From assembly GCA_965235115.1 (NCBI GenBank), contig OZ249445.1:3782001-3846000 (forward strand): a stretch of 64,000 bases of DNA, given 5' to 3'. This DNA is from Laetmonice hystrix (taxonomy: Eukaryota). Below, piece after piece: positions 49,801-60,624 of the stretch; position 1 is the stretch's first letter, and each line of letters starts with the position of its first letter. Position numbers and translations under genes: made by a program. The notes under the pieces were generated by a model. That model ran no database searches. It saw only the letters and a program-made list of their open reading frames with translations, and was not told the DNA's origin.

Positions 49801-51832
49801 GTTAGATTGGTGACTGGCAGACAGGGTCACCGACTCTCTATCTCCCACAGTGGGGGAGTGGATGTTAGCGGAAAGGTCACAGCAGGGTCACTAACTGGTT
49901 TGGGATGGGAAAATCAGTGCGGCTGGTCTTGTAATAAGACCACAAATAGATTTTTATACTAATGAATTATTTCAGCTTTTCTACTTCTTCCTTGTCTTCA
50001 TCCTTTTCCTCTTTCCCCCTCCCCCTTCGTCTACTTACTTAATTTAGTATAAAAGTGCCTACAGTCTTGTCCCAGAAATCTCCGGCTTAAACAAAGTGAG
50101 CCCAGTCTCATTACTTTCAGGTATGGTTTTGGATCATTTAAGAGGTAAACATTTTTCTAAAAACCATAAAATGTCGAGCTGTTTATACGTGTTGGCGAGA
50201 ACCGGTTCTCCTGAGACAAAGAATTATGTATTCCTGGTTATTGTGGAGTTGAAATAGATGTACAGGTCATGAGAGCTGGGACCCCTGTCCAGCATGAAAG
50301 GCTGGGGAACAGCGTGAGGGTCAAGGTCAGGGAGGGTCAAAGGTCATGAGCCTGAGGTCAGAGCAGAGAGCGAGGTCAGAACCTGACCTGCTCCAGCCGG
50401 CTCGCAGTATTTGTGAGACTATTTCCTGCTATTGTAGCGACCAACCACCGGTTTTCTAATGACCAGTCCATAAAGAGTTTAACCCAATAACTCGGCACTA
50501 ATTTCGGTGAGATTACTCCGCGGTATTTGACACATAACGGTGTTTTGAGCCAATCCCGCCAAGATATAGGGCCGGGGACATTGATATTGGTCAATTATAG
50601 AGTCGTGGATGGATAAACCACACAATATCCTGTGTCCGTGGTGGTCTGTGACAAACGACGGTACGAATCAAGGCAAACACTGTCAGCCTGTCTTGTAATA
50701 ATAGGGATCGGTATTGTCAGTAATTAATACACATGTGTAATAATATACGGTTGATATTTCACATTGACCAAGCACGATAACGTTCTCAGTAGTAAGCGGA
50801 TTAACTGTTCTCGTGGGTTGAAAGGCATGATTCAGAGTTTTGTTGTGCGAATTCATGAGAAAAGGTACGTGCCGGTGTACACTCGATATTATTTGGACAT
50901 CCCGGTTGATCCACGTCCGGTGATAACAATTATAAATAGCACAAGTTATCAGGGATGTGATTGTTCCCGTGCCCCCCCCCCCCCCACCGGAAATCTTTTT
51001 TTTTTAAGCTGAAACGAGACCCCATGAAATTGCCACCGATCAGCTGAGAAAAAAAAGGGGGTGCCCAAATGACTAAAGCTGGCAAAACTTACAGCTACGA
51101 GGAAGAATTAAGCCAAGGATTTAAAAAAAAACTGACAGAGCATTACTACATCATGGGATATAGACTACTATGGATGTGTCTTTTGTACTTGAAATGTAAT
51201 TTGACAATATTTTCATGGACATTTGGTTGTATAATGAAAAATTGGCATATAAAATAGGCATCAAAAACTGCTATATCCAGAGATCTTGGGTGCTCCCAGA
51301 AGAGACCAAAATTCAAATTTTATCTGGCTTACGCCCCCCCCCCCGCGAACCTCCAGCGGGAATTGCGGGTAGGCTATAACATTAGAAAAGGCAGTCTACT
51401 GTTTATTGCAAAAAGGGATGCTTGACCACTTAACGTAGTTGGTGATGGCCAGTAGGGCATCACCAATAACGACATTGTGTACGTACTAATGACATTACGG
51501 TGAGGAAGGTCACAGGCGGGGGACGTCTGATGTATGGAGGGTGTAATACAAGGGGCAGTGTGTGAACCCTACCGTGGAACGGTTGGCGGGGAGGAGGAGG
51601 GGGGGTGGGGGGGGGGGGGTTGTGAAGGAGGAAACCACCCCAGGACAAACCAGCACAATGAGATTACAATGGCCTTTGTTACTTACTGCAACATCCGTTT
51701 ACCACACTGAAGCATGTTTTTAGTTGGAATGGTACACCCAGCAGTTCGGTCAACACAGGGGCACGGGAAACAATGGAAGGAAGAACACTTGTCATGAAGT
51801 CAATTTTTAAAAGATCGGCTCTTTCAGTCTAA

Positions 51833-53206
51833 AGCCAGCCTCACACGGCAAGATATTTCTATGATATCGAAGATTCTCTACCACATAACGAGAAATCTTG
51901 TGCCATAGTACACTGGCAGGGTGTTTACGATACAGGGTACACCATGACCATACGACAAGAAATCTTGTGCCATAGTACACTGGCAGGGTGTTTACGATAC
52001 AGGGTACACCATGACCACACAAGAAATCTTGTGCCATAGTACACTGGCAGGGTGTTTACAACACAGGTACACCATGACCATACGACAAGAAATCTTGTGC
52101 CATAGTACACTGGCAGGGTGTTTACGATACAGGGTACACCATGACCATATGACAAGAAATCTTGTGCCATAGTACACTGGCAGGGTGTTTACGATACAGG
52201 TACACCATGACCACACGACAAGAAATCTTGTGCCATAGTACACCGGCAGGGTGTTTACGATACAGGGTACACCATGACCATACGACAAGAAATCTTGTGC
52301 CATAGTACACTGGAAGGGTGTTTACGATACAGGGTACACCATGACCATACGACAAGAAATCTTGTGTCATAGTACACCGGCAGGGTGTTTACGATACAGG
52401 GTACACCATGACCATATGACAAGAAATCTTGTGCCATAGTACACTGGCAGGGTGTTTACGATACAGGTACACCATGACCATACGACAAGAAATCTTGTGT
52501 CATAGTACACTGGCAGGGTGTTTACGATACAGGGTACAACATGACCATACGACAAGAAATCTTGTGCCATAGTACACTGGAAGGGTGTTTACGATACAGG
52601 GTACACCATGACCATACGACAAGAAATCTTGTGCCATAGTACACTGGCAGGGTGTTTACGATACAGGTACACCATGACCATACGACAAGAAATCTTGTGC
52701 CATAGTACACTGGCAGGGTGTTTACGATACAGGTACACCATGACCATACGACAAGAAATCTTGTGCCATAGTACACTGGCAGGGTGTTTACGATACAGGT
52801 ACACCATGACCATACGGCAAGAAATCTTGTGCCATAGTACACTGGCAGGGTGTTTACAATACAGGGTACACCATGACCATACGACAAGAAATCTTGTGCC
52901 ATAGTACACTGGAAGGGTGTTTACGATACAGGGTACAACATGATTTTCAGGCAATCGGATCGGGAAACACAGAATCGTATCATTTTGAGCATGTTTCAAT
53001 TTTACGATTGCACGACATTGTATCATAAAGAATCGTGGACAGTTGCATCGTAGATTTTATTGTACCGTGTGACCAATACCAAAATTGTTAAATTGTTTCT
53101 TGTGTTACTAGTGAAGAATCATGGAGAATCGGTGCATATCGTAGAAAGTCGGTGGTTTCGTGTCCTATACATTCGCAGCCCAAAATCGTGCAGTGTGAGG
53201 CAGGCT
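51833..53206. mobile_element. Non-autonomous DNA transposon (TA/TTAA-target type) carrying the 67-bp array
   Basis: About 25-bp imperfect TIRs (AGCCAGCCTCACACGGCAAGAT versus reverse complement AGCCTGCCTCACACTGCACGAT), flanked by cTAA and TTAA. Confidence 0.75.
51889..52941 (+). repeat. 66-67-bp minisatellite, about 16 units
   Basis: Unit acaagaaatcttgtgccatagtacactggcagggtgtttacgatacag(g)gtacaccatgaccatacg. Confidence 0.98.
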
Positions 53207-53453
53207 TTAAACTCATGAAAATGTTAAAATTCCACTTTCAAATTGATGCTCTCCTCATTTATGTAGAAGTGATGTTGGTGCCCGGGTGTATTACCTTTCA
53301 GGTCCTCTGGAGTAATACTTTTATCTGGACTCATATCTTCAATGTGACAATGCGGAATACTGAGTATTGTTGGAAGGTCGGATTTTGAGTGGTTATGCCA
53401 TCATTTGATGAAGATATATTAAATCTAAATTATGGTTTGTTCATTTTTTCCAG

Positions 53454-53513
53454 GACCCAAGATTAATACCAGTCTGCTGCAGAATGCACCTGGACTGCAC
53501 AATATTAAAAGAG
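53454..53513 (+). other. Candidate 60-nt 5'UTR exon of p190RhoGAP
   Basis: Strong acceptor ttcattttttccAG and consensus donor GAG|GTAAGT. Confidence 0.5.
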
Positions 53514-55161
53514 GTAAGTGGGCGCGTAGAGATATCGAGTAAAACATTTATGTATCCGCAGGTTTATATGGGCCATCGTGTCTACCTCAACAGCTAAACT
53601 CTAATAGTAACTTTATGATCTAAATGGTGGTGCTCTAGTAAATAAAACAACGATTTGGGTGAACAGCAGGAGTGTTTAGTGTTTATCTCTGCACAGTGGC
53701 GAGTTTAGAGGGTAAACGTCTCCCCAAACGACAGGGACAACATTTTGTGAAAATGACGATACTGAAAACCTAAAAACTGCAGGGTTGTCAAAAATATAAT
53801 ATCTGAAAGGTCTTACCTGACATAAACATGTATTGGCGTCTATACCTATCTGCTTTGCCGCTTTGTCTTGCACGGTATTAAAGAGGTGTGTGATGGTGTA
53901 CTTAGATTTACATTTCTTGGCAGGTGCTCCTTGTAGGCGTGCTTTAGTAAGTAGTGTACGAAATAAGGCCTCTTCATCAGGTAGCAAGAAAGCTTTCTTC
54001 TGAGGTAATCTCTAGGTGCACAATGCCGACTTTACACTGAATCATGGGGGAAAGTAAAAGAAACAAACATCGGAGGTTGACTGATGCCTCACTAGTTTTT
54101 TGTGGCAGATTTTTTTTTGTTTTAGCGAATATACATGTATTTATAAAATGTTTGATGAACATGATTAAGAGGTTTCAGGTGGTCTTGGCCTGAGTTCTTT
54201 TGTATGTGATATTTGCGAAGTGATATCTAATAACATGTGGAATGAGTATGGAGTTGCTCTCTAAACAGTATTAACAAAACAAAATTACTTGATGCAAAGC
54301 TGTTGTAAACGTGCCAACGAGATCATTTTCAGCATTATGAAAGTTGTAATTTATAATTAGGTTATACTTGCTACTCAGTCGTGTGGATTAAGCCTGGTTC
54401 GGAGCAGAAAAAAATTTTCTTTCACTTTAATTTCATTAAGAATATGGGAATTCGGAGATGTGTGGATGTCATACAGATTTAGATGAAGGATGATACACGT
54501 GTAGCCGTTAACCCTTCAACTGTACATTGGTTGATTCAGTAGCTGGCTAATCAATGGCAGCCTCGGTAGAGACCAGGTAGACAGGGTTGAGTATGGCGAG
54601 TGTGGACTCCCACTGTAACATTGCCATGAAATATAGTTGTAAGATTTATAAATCTATAACTATTCCTTGTCCCAAACCTAAGCCGAGCTCCTAACGTCGA
54701 TCTCAAGAGCTCCTAGAGAAACCTAGCGCAGTCCGTATCCCAGCCCTGAACCCAAACCCACGCCTCCGATTTCAGAGAAACGTTACCATCGGGTAATAAC
54801 CGTAGCTGGTGGCGTCAGACTGGGGGGCACCAGGTGCAGGGTGGTGCCAGTGAGGGTGGGGTGGGGGGCACACCAGGCAACCCAACTATGTCCTTGACAA
54901 GGGTGCTGTCTGTAACCTTTGGTGGAGGGTAGCGATCCTCCCCCGCACATTCAGAGATATAGAGATTGTGGCGATAAAAGACTTCAAAAACTCAATGCCT
55001 CGGGTGAATGGTGGGTGAAATTCAGAAACTTGTGTGCACATATGTTTGGGTGTAGGGCAGGTAGGAACGTACCAGACGGTGGAGAAAACGTTGGGATACC
55101 GGGCATTCAAGAAGGTAATAAATAGCCTGTTGGGGGAAATGATAGGGGATAGGGAAGGTAG

Positions 55162-55192
<31 letters not shown>

Positions 55193-58100
55193 TGCGTAGC
55201 TGTTTTGTGCCATTATATTTATAGGCCATCTCAGTGATAATACATGTACATGGTTTGTAACTTACTTTGTTGCTTTGTGACATGACCGAGCGACATGACC
55301 ATGAGGCGAAAGGAAATATTACTTAGCAAACCGGTCGTAGCCTCACACAACATGTCTTGGTAACACAAGACATATTTTATTCCGAGACCAGCACGCCGGG
55401 TGGAAGGTAACAAGGGTCTCTCCAGTGTTGGATGTTTGAATCCACCCCCGTGCAGGCACAGAGGCGTACTGCACTCAACTGACCCAGTCTGGCACACAGC
55501 CAAACCTTGGCTGGGCAGGAGCCATAACATGAAAACAAGTGACTCCCCAACTACTCCAGATTGATATGTGGGGTATGGGCAAGGTTCCCCAAGTGGCTGT
55601 TTAGACTAGCCTCACACAATGTCAAGGGCGCCGCCAGATCGGTGTTTCTCCGCTACATCCGGATATCTTGTCCTTCCTAGAGGTGGTCTGTTGTCACAGC
55701 CGGCCTTCTGTACGGCATCATAAGACACTAGTACAAAGTAAGAGGCATTGGCAGAGCCAGTTACCACCCGCCATGTGGTTAGTCAATGGAAGATGTTCAT
55801 TCAGCAGTACCGGCCCTCAAAAGTTCTTCCTCGGTTGGGTGGCAAATAAAGCTTTGAAAAATGCTTGAAAACTTTTGATGGATGTACCGACATGGATTTA
55901 AACATTGTTTTCTGTCTTGGATTCTTTTAAAGCTGATTACGAGGGTATCATAGGTGTAAAGTTCAACGCGTAGTGATTTATCTAACTAGTACTTTTAAGG
56001 TTTTAAGGTTTTATATATATTTCATTTATAAGTAAGTCACTGCGTTGATAAAATTCTTGTATCTGCCTGAGTTTTTATCTGCCTGGGTTGTCATCAATGT
56101 TTGGAGGTCGAGCTTAATCTTAGTTCTTGTTGTTCAGAAGTGTTACAAAGATGGTTTATGCTTCGGCAATGAGTGAATTTCCACACTTATTCACACCATC
56201 AAAAGTCGTGCGTTTTATGTAACCTTGATCATACTATGACATGCGTAGGTAACAGTAGATTTTCCGCCAGAATGTGTTCTGACTCACACCTTGTAGAGGA
56301 TGTAGTCAGTGAACCTTGGTCTTTGAAAAGCTCTGACTTTGTTCCTTGTGGCGGTTCAGTAAAGGTCAGTCGGTGGTCCCATAGCATGATATCACGGGAA
56401 ACCCTTCATGTTGATTACATGCTAAATCAAGGCGTCAACATGAGCATCTAACCTGGAACCAGGCTGAGATATGAGGGGGCTGATTGTTAGAAGGTCCCGC
56501 TATCCCACATCTGGAGCCAAGTCAAGTATGGTATCAGGGGTTTCATGGCCCTTTTTACCTTATTATTAGGTTTTTTGTAAAAGGGTTGTGTGAGGGGTAG
56601 CCTAGTTGAGTAATGCATTTTGTAAAAATAAGGCCAGAAAACTTTGCAGGGAAGTAAGTAAGTGGGTGGGGGGGGGGGGGGGGTATTTGATTTATTTATT
56701 TAATTTGATTTTTTTTTATTTGATCAGAAATGCTGTAGCTCACAGTGCAGTTTGCAGAGATTTTGTGATAAGTGGTCCAAACCAATGGAGGCCTGTCCTC
56801 AGGCGGTGAGCGTGGTGTGGGGGTTTGGTTTCTGTGGTAGGTGTCCAGGTAGCGGCTATAGAAACTCAAGGTTGTCATGGTCAGTGTGACTCATAATCCG
56901 GCCATGGGTTACAGTTATTAGACTTCAGTGTTCAACCCCTGAAGTGGTCGTTTGTGTGCGGTGGTTGGGGTTGTGATCAACACCCTGAAACCACAGGTCG
57001 TCAAGGATGAGTGACCCGTACACAGGTCACCAGGTGTGTTGGTCACGGTGCTGCTCTGATTGACAGCTCGGTTAGCTGACAGGTTAGCTCCAAACTGTCA
57101 GGGATCAGCACCGGCCGGTGGGTGACCGCCAGACTGAGGGTTCAGGCTGACCTCAGGCTGGTCACCACCCTGACCTCAGTAGGACAGTCTATAATATAAA
57201 TACAAGGTGCATCCAGGTTAAATGTCATGGGACAATAAAACGGTGACGGTGACACATGAAGCGGTGCTTATTGGCTCCGTTAGGGGTTATTGGCTCAAGG
57301 ACTGGGACAGGAAAAGAAATAAAATTACATTGTGAATTTATATGGTCGTCAGTGGATGAAAGGCCTGGGCTTTGGCTAAAAACTGCTCAGGGTCTTTCCC
57401 ATCAGGCGTCAGTCAAAGGGGGGGGGGGGGTAGTCCCTTTATTGGAAAGATTAGACAGTGATCTAAAATTGATTATGTATTTTCTGCATAGTTCTTAGAG
57501 AGTCCATGAGAGCTCTTCGACATACTTTCACGGTTTAGAAATCCTCAGGTAGGCGCTGGGACCTGTTGGCCGCAGGTCCACACTTCCGAACCTGAGGAAA
57601 TCCCTGCTCATACACTCTGTGTGGAGACTCTACCTCACACTTGTAATCAGTGACATTTATAAGGTGATCTGTCTTAACCGGAATAACACAAGTAATATAA
57701 ATTGGCCGAAATGCTAAAGAAACAACGACGCATGATAATATTAATAGCCAAGCTAATTCAGTAGAATGAAGCACTTCCCATGTGTAAGTTGCTGTTAATT
57801 GACATGCATTTTTAATAAGGTAGCATAATAGCCGTTTACCTTCATGCATTGACTGATCATTAGTATGTCATTACATGTGCTGTTTGATGAGGCTAAAAAT
57901 AGTCTGTGGGTGTGCCAGCTCGGCAGGCACTGAGGCAGTATGCTGGGTAATGATTACCGGGCCGGGAATTCCGAGCCAGCTCCCCAGGTACGAACCAGAC
58001 ACGGCCGTGGTGGATGGGGCCTTGGGGCTGGGATGGTGTGTGTGTGTGTGTGTGCCTGGAGATGGGGAGGAGGAGGAGGAGGGGGGGGGGGTTCCTCACT

Positions 58101-59249
58101 GTCAGATGAAGCACCAGGTACAGCAGCAGCTTCATGATGATGTCAGGGTTACCTAGGAAACAGAGCATCGGTGACATTTAAGGTGCACCACTGGGAACGC
58201 AGCGACTGTTTTTCACGGCAGAGACATTCATACACACAGCAAGGTGACCTTTCTGCCCCTTTAAATTACAATGACATTAGGAGAAAAAAACGAGAATCCA
58301 CCACTATTATTCTGATAGGGTTTTAGTGATTAGATTAAACAGATGTTTGCCATCTTGCATGGTTTTGTTATTGTACAATTATATACACGGTTATTATAGA
58401 TGAATTATACAGAAAGTTCACACCCTGAGATGGATACATGTATAATAGAAGGAAAGGCTGTTAGGAACACTCAGAAAACATTTCAACAGTCGCACGGCAA
58501 CAAACAATCTCAGCAGTAAAGGACAAGTATTTCAACAGTCCTACTTTGAAGGAAACGTTTCTCAAAGAAGCGCAACTGACTTAGTAAAGTGGTATTCGGA
58601 TCTATATCAAAAGGCTCCAGCATTCAAATGGAAGTAAAGGTTGTTAAGTATTCAGGCCAGATGTTCACTTGCAATGCTAGGGTAAGAGTATGACATCCAC
58701 ATAGTGATCCGAATATTTTTCCAAGCTATTGATGTCGTGAACAGCAAATGATGGATTAAGAAATTGCCACTGCTGCATGAGTGCGTCTTGTCATTGTAAT
58801 GTTAGGTAAGTATAATGTTTTTGACCACTACTCAGTCACAATCTTCGTTGTTACATTCGACTAATTTGTTTGATTTCTGTCATTTCAGGATTGCGATTGA
58901 GGCTGAGAGACGCAGGATGGGAATGTTGAGTTGGTCACGGGAGACCGGCTAGGGCACCTGGCTAGTGCCCAGAGCTGACAGGAGGGGGCGTTCTACATAG
59001 TCACCCCGGCTCTGGGTCCCTGCCTGCCCTCTGGTGACGACCCTGTGACACTCACACCATCATGGAAGTCGTCGCGAGATGAAGTTTGGCACTCCCGCGT
59101 GTTATTTCACACACGGATTATTAGCACAATGACAGTGGATTATGTTCAGTGTGGATAATAAGTGATTACGGAGGAGATAGGACTCCGGGAGATAAGAGAT
59201 TATGTATATACATCAAATGGAAATGTGCAAAGTCTAGCGGGATAACGTA

Positions 59250-59652
59250 ATGGCCAAGAAAGTGGATAACCGTACTTTCAATGTCAGTGTCGTCGGGCTT
59301 TCTGGAACTGAGAAAGAAAAAGGTGCAGATGGTATTGGTAAATCATGCTTGTGTAACCGCTTCATGAACCCTCTGGCGGATTTCTACTACAAGGACCACA
59401 TCTCTGTATTAAGTCAGAGTGATTTTGGAGGCCGTGTCGTCAACAATGATCACTTCCTGTACTGGGGAGAGGTCTCCAAAACGGATGAAGGTGTTGACTT
59501 TATTTTTAATATTGCCGAGCAAACAGAATTCATCGATGACTCGTCATTCCAGCCCTTCAAGAGTGGAAAGCCAGAGCCATACATCAAGCGTTGCTCAGCC
59601 ACAAGACTGCAGTCAGCAGAAAAACTCATGTACATATGTAAAAACCAATTGG
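59250..59652 (+). CDS. ARHGAP35: p190RhoGAP first coding exon (GTPase domain G1-G3)
   Basis: ORF 59250-59660; phase-1 donor GTGAGT. Confidence 0.96.
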
Positions 59653-60624
59653 GTGAGTAGATTTCTAACAATCAATATACCGGTAATATATTTATGGTGG
59701 CCCATTCAAATTCAGAAACTTAGTTACTTCTTGAGAAAAACACAAGTCAGAACTTGGCTAAATATAGATATCAAATTTCTGTCATCCAGTTTGTTCAAAT
59801 AGAGTCACGTGAAGTTGTAATGCCTTCATAAACTCACTTGTTTTCTTAAGAACATAGAACGGAGTGTACTATAACCATAACCATGCCATGAATATTGGAT
59901 GAAATGTCAACTTTACCATCTTTGATGATTTTTAGACATGTTTCTTTATCTTTGTTGACCCAGGTCTGGAACATGAGTTTCAGCAGAGAATGTTGCCGGA
60001 GGGAAAGCTTACGGTGGATGGCTTTCTTTGCGTCTTTGATGTGTCCATTGTCTACCAGAGGTCCTTCCAACACCAAGTCGATCACACAGTGCACCTTCTT
60101 CACAGCCTCAGGGGGACCAAAAAGCCTATCGTTTTTGTTACAACCAAAAATGATGCGGCAAATGAACCATACATACGGGAGGCTGAAAAAATTGCCAGTA
60201 AATACAAGATCCCGATTGTTGAGACCTCGTCCCATGAAAACATCAATGTTGAAATGGCCTTCCTAGCATTAGCACATCAAATTGATCGGACAAAAGGGAG
60301 ACTAAAAATTGTGCCATTTGCCGAGGCATCGCGGGCACGGCGTGAAGTGTTAGAAGTTGCCCTAGAGGCTTACCAGTTATTACTGCGGACCCAAGTCACA
60401 GACTACAAAGCTCTGTGGATACCTGTACATAGGAAACTAGCCTCTAACGCTGACTACAATCACTTTGTGGACTTGCTTGGCACGGATAGGGCCAAGAAGT
60501 TGTTCAGGGAACATGTACGACAGCTAAGAGAGGAGTTTCTTCAGCACCGCCAGGAGCAATACTTGGAGCAGTTACGAGGGGTACTCAAACGGATCTTACC
60601 AGACCTCTCAACCATTGCAGACAG
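59250..60624 (+). CDS. ARHGAP35: p190 Rho GTPase-activating protein (ARHGAP35/ARHGAP5 family), 3'-partial: N-terminal GTPase domain and first FF domain. Coding exons 59250-59652 and 59964-60624; the first exon probably starts at acceptor 58889
   Basis: [38 protein letters not shown]...[19 protein letters not shown]...EQTEFIDD...[13 protein letters not shown]|[27 protein letters not shown]...[12 protein letters not shown] is diagnostic of p190. An in-frame TAG at 59235 precedes the ATG. Donors are G|GTGAGT (59653) and AG|GTGAGT (60625). Confidence 0.96.
59964..60624 (+). CDS. ARHGAP35: p190RhoGAP second coding exon (GTPase G4-G5 and FF1)
   Basis: cccAG acceptor; in frame with ORF 59990-60628; TKND motif; FF-like segment AYQLLL...W...KKLFREHV. 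Confidence 0.96.

Noticed and set aside
51889-52941. CRISPR-like regular repeats (also 9923-10795 and 12901-13443)
   Set aside because: The units are contiguous with no unique spacers, there are no cas genes, and the context is eukaryotic intron
51807-53026. Many overlapping ORFs with repeated peptides
   Set aside because: Translations of the 66-67-bp tandem array
53676-53987. 103-aa minus-strand ORF with somewhat protein-like composition
   Set aside because: No motif I can identify; it may be a decayed transposon fragment and needs a BLASTx/HMM search
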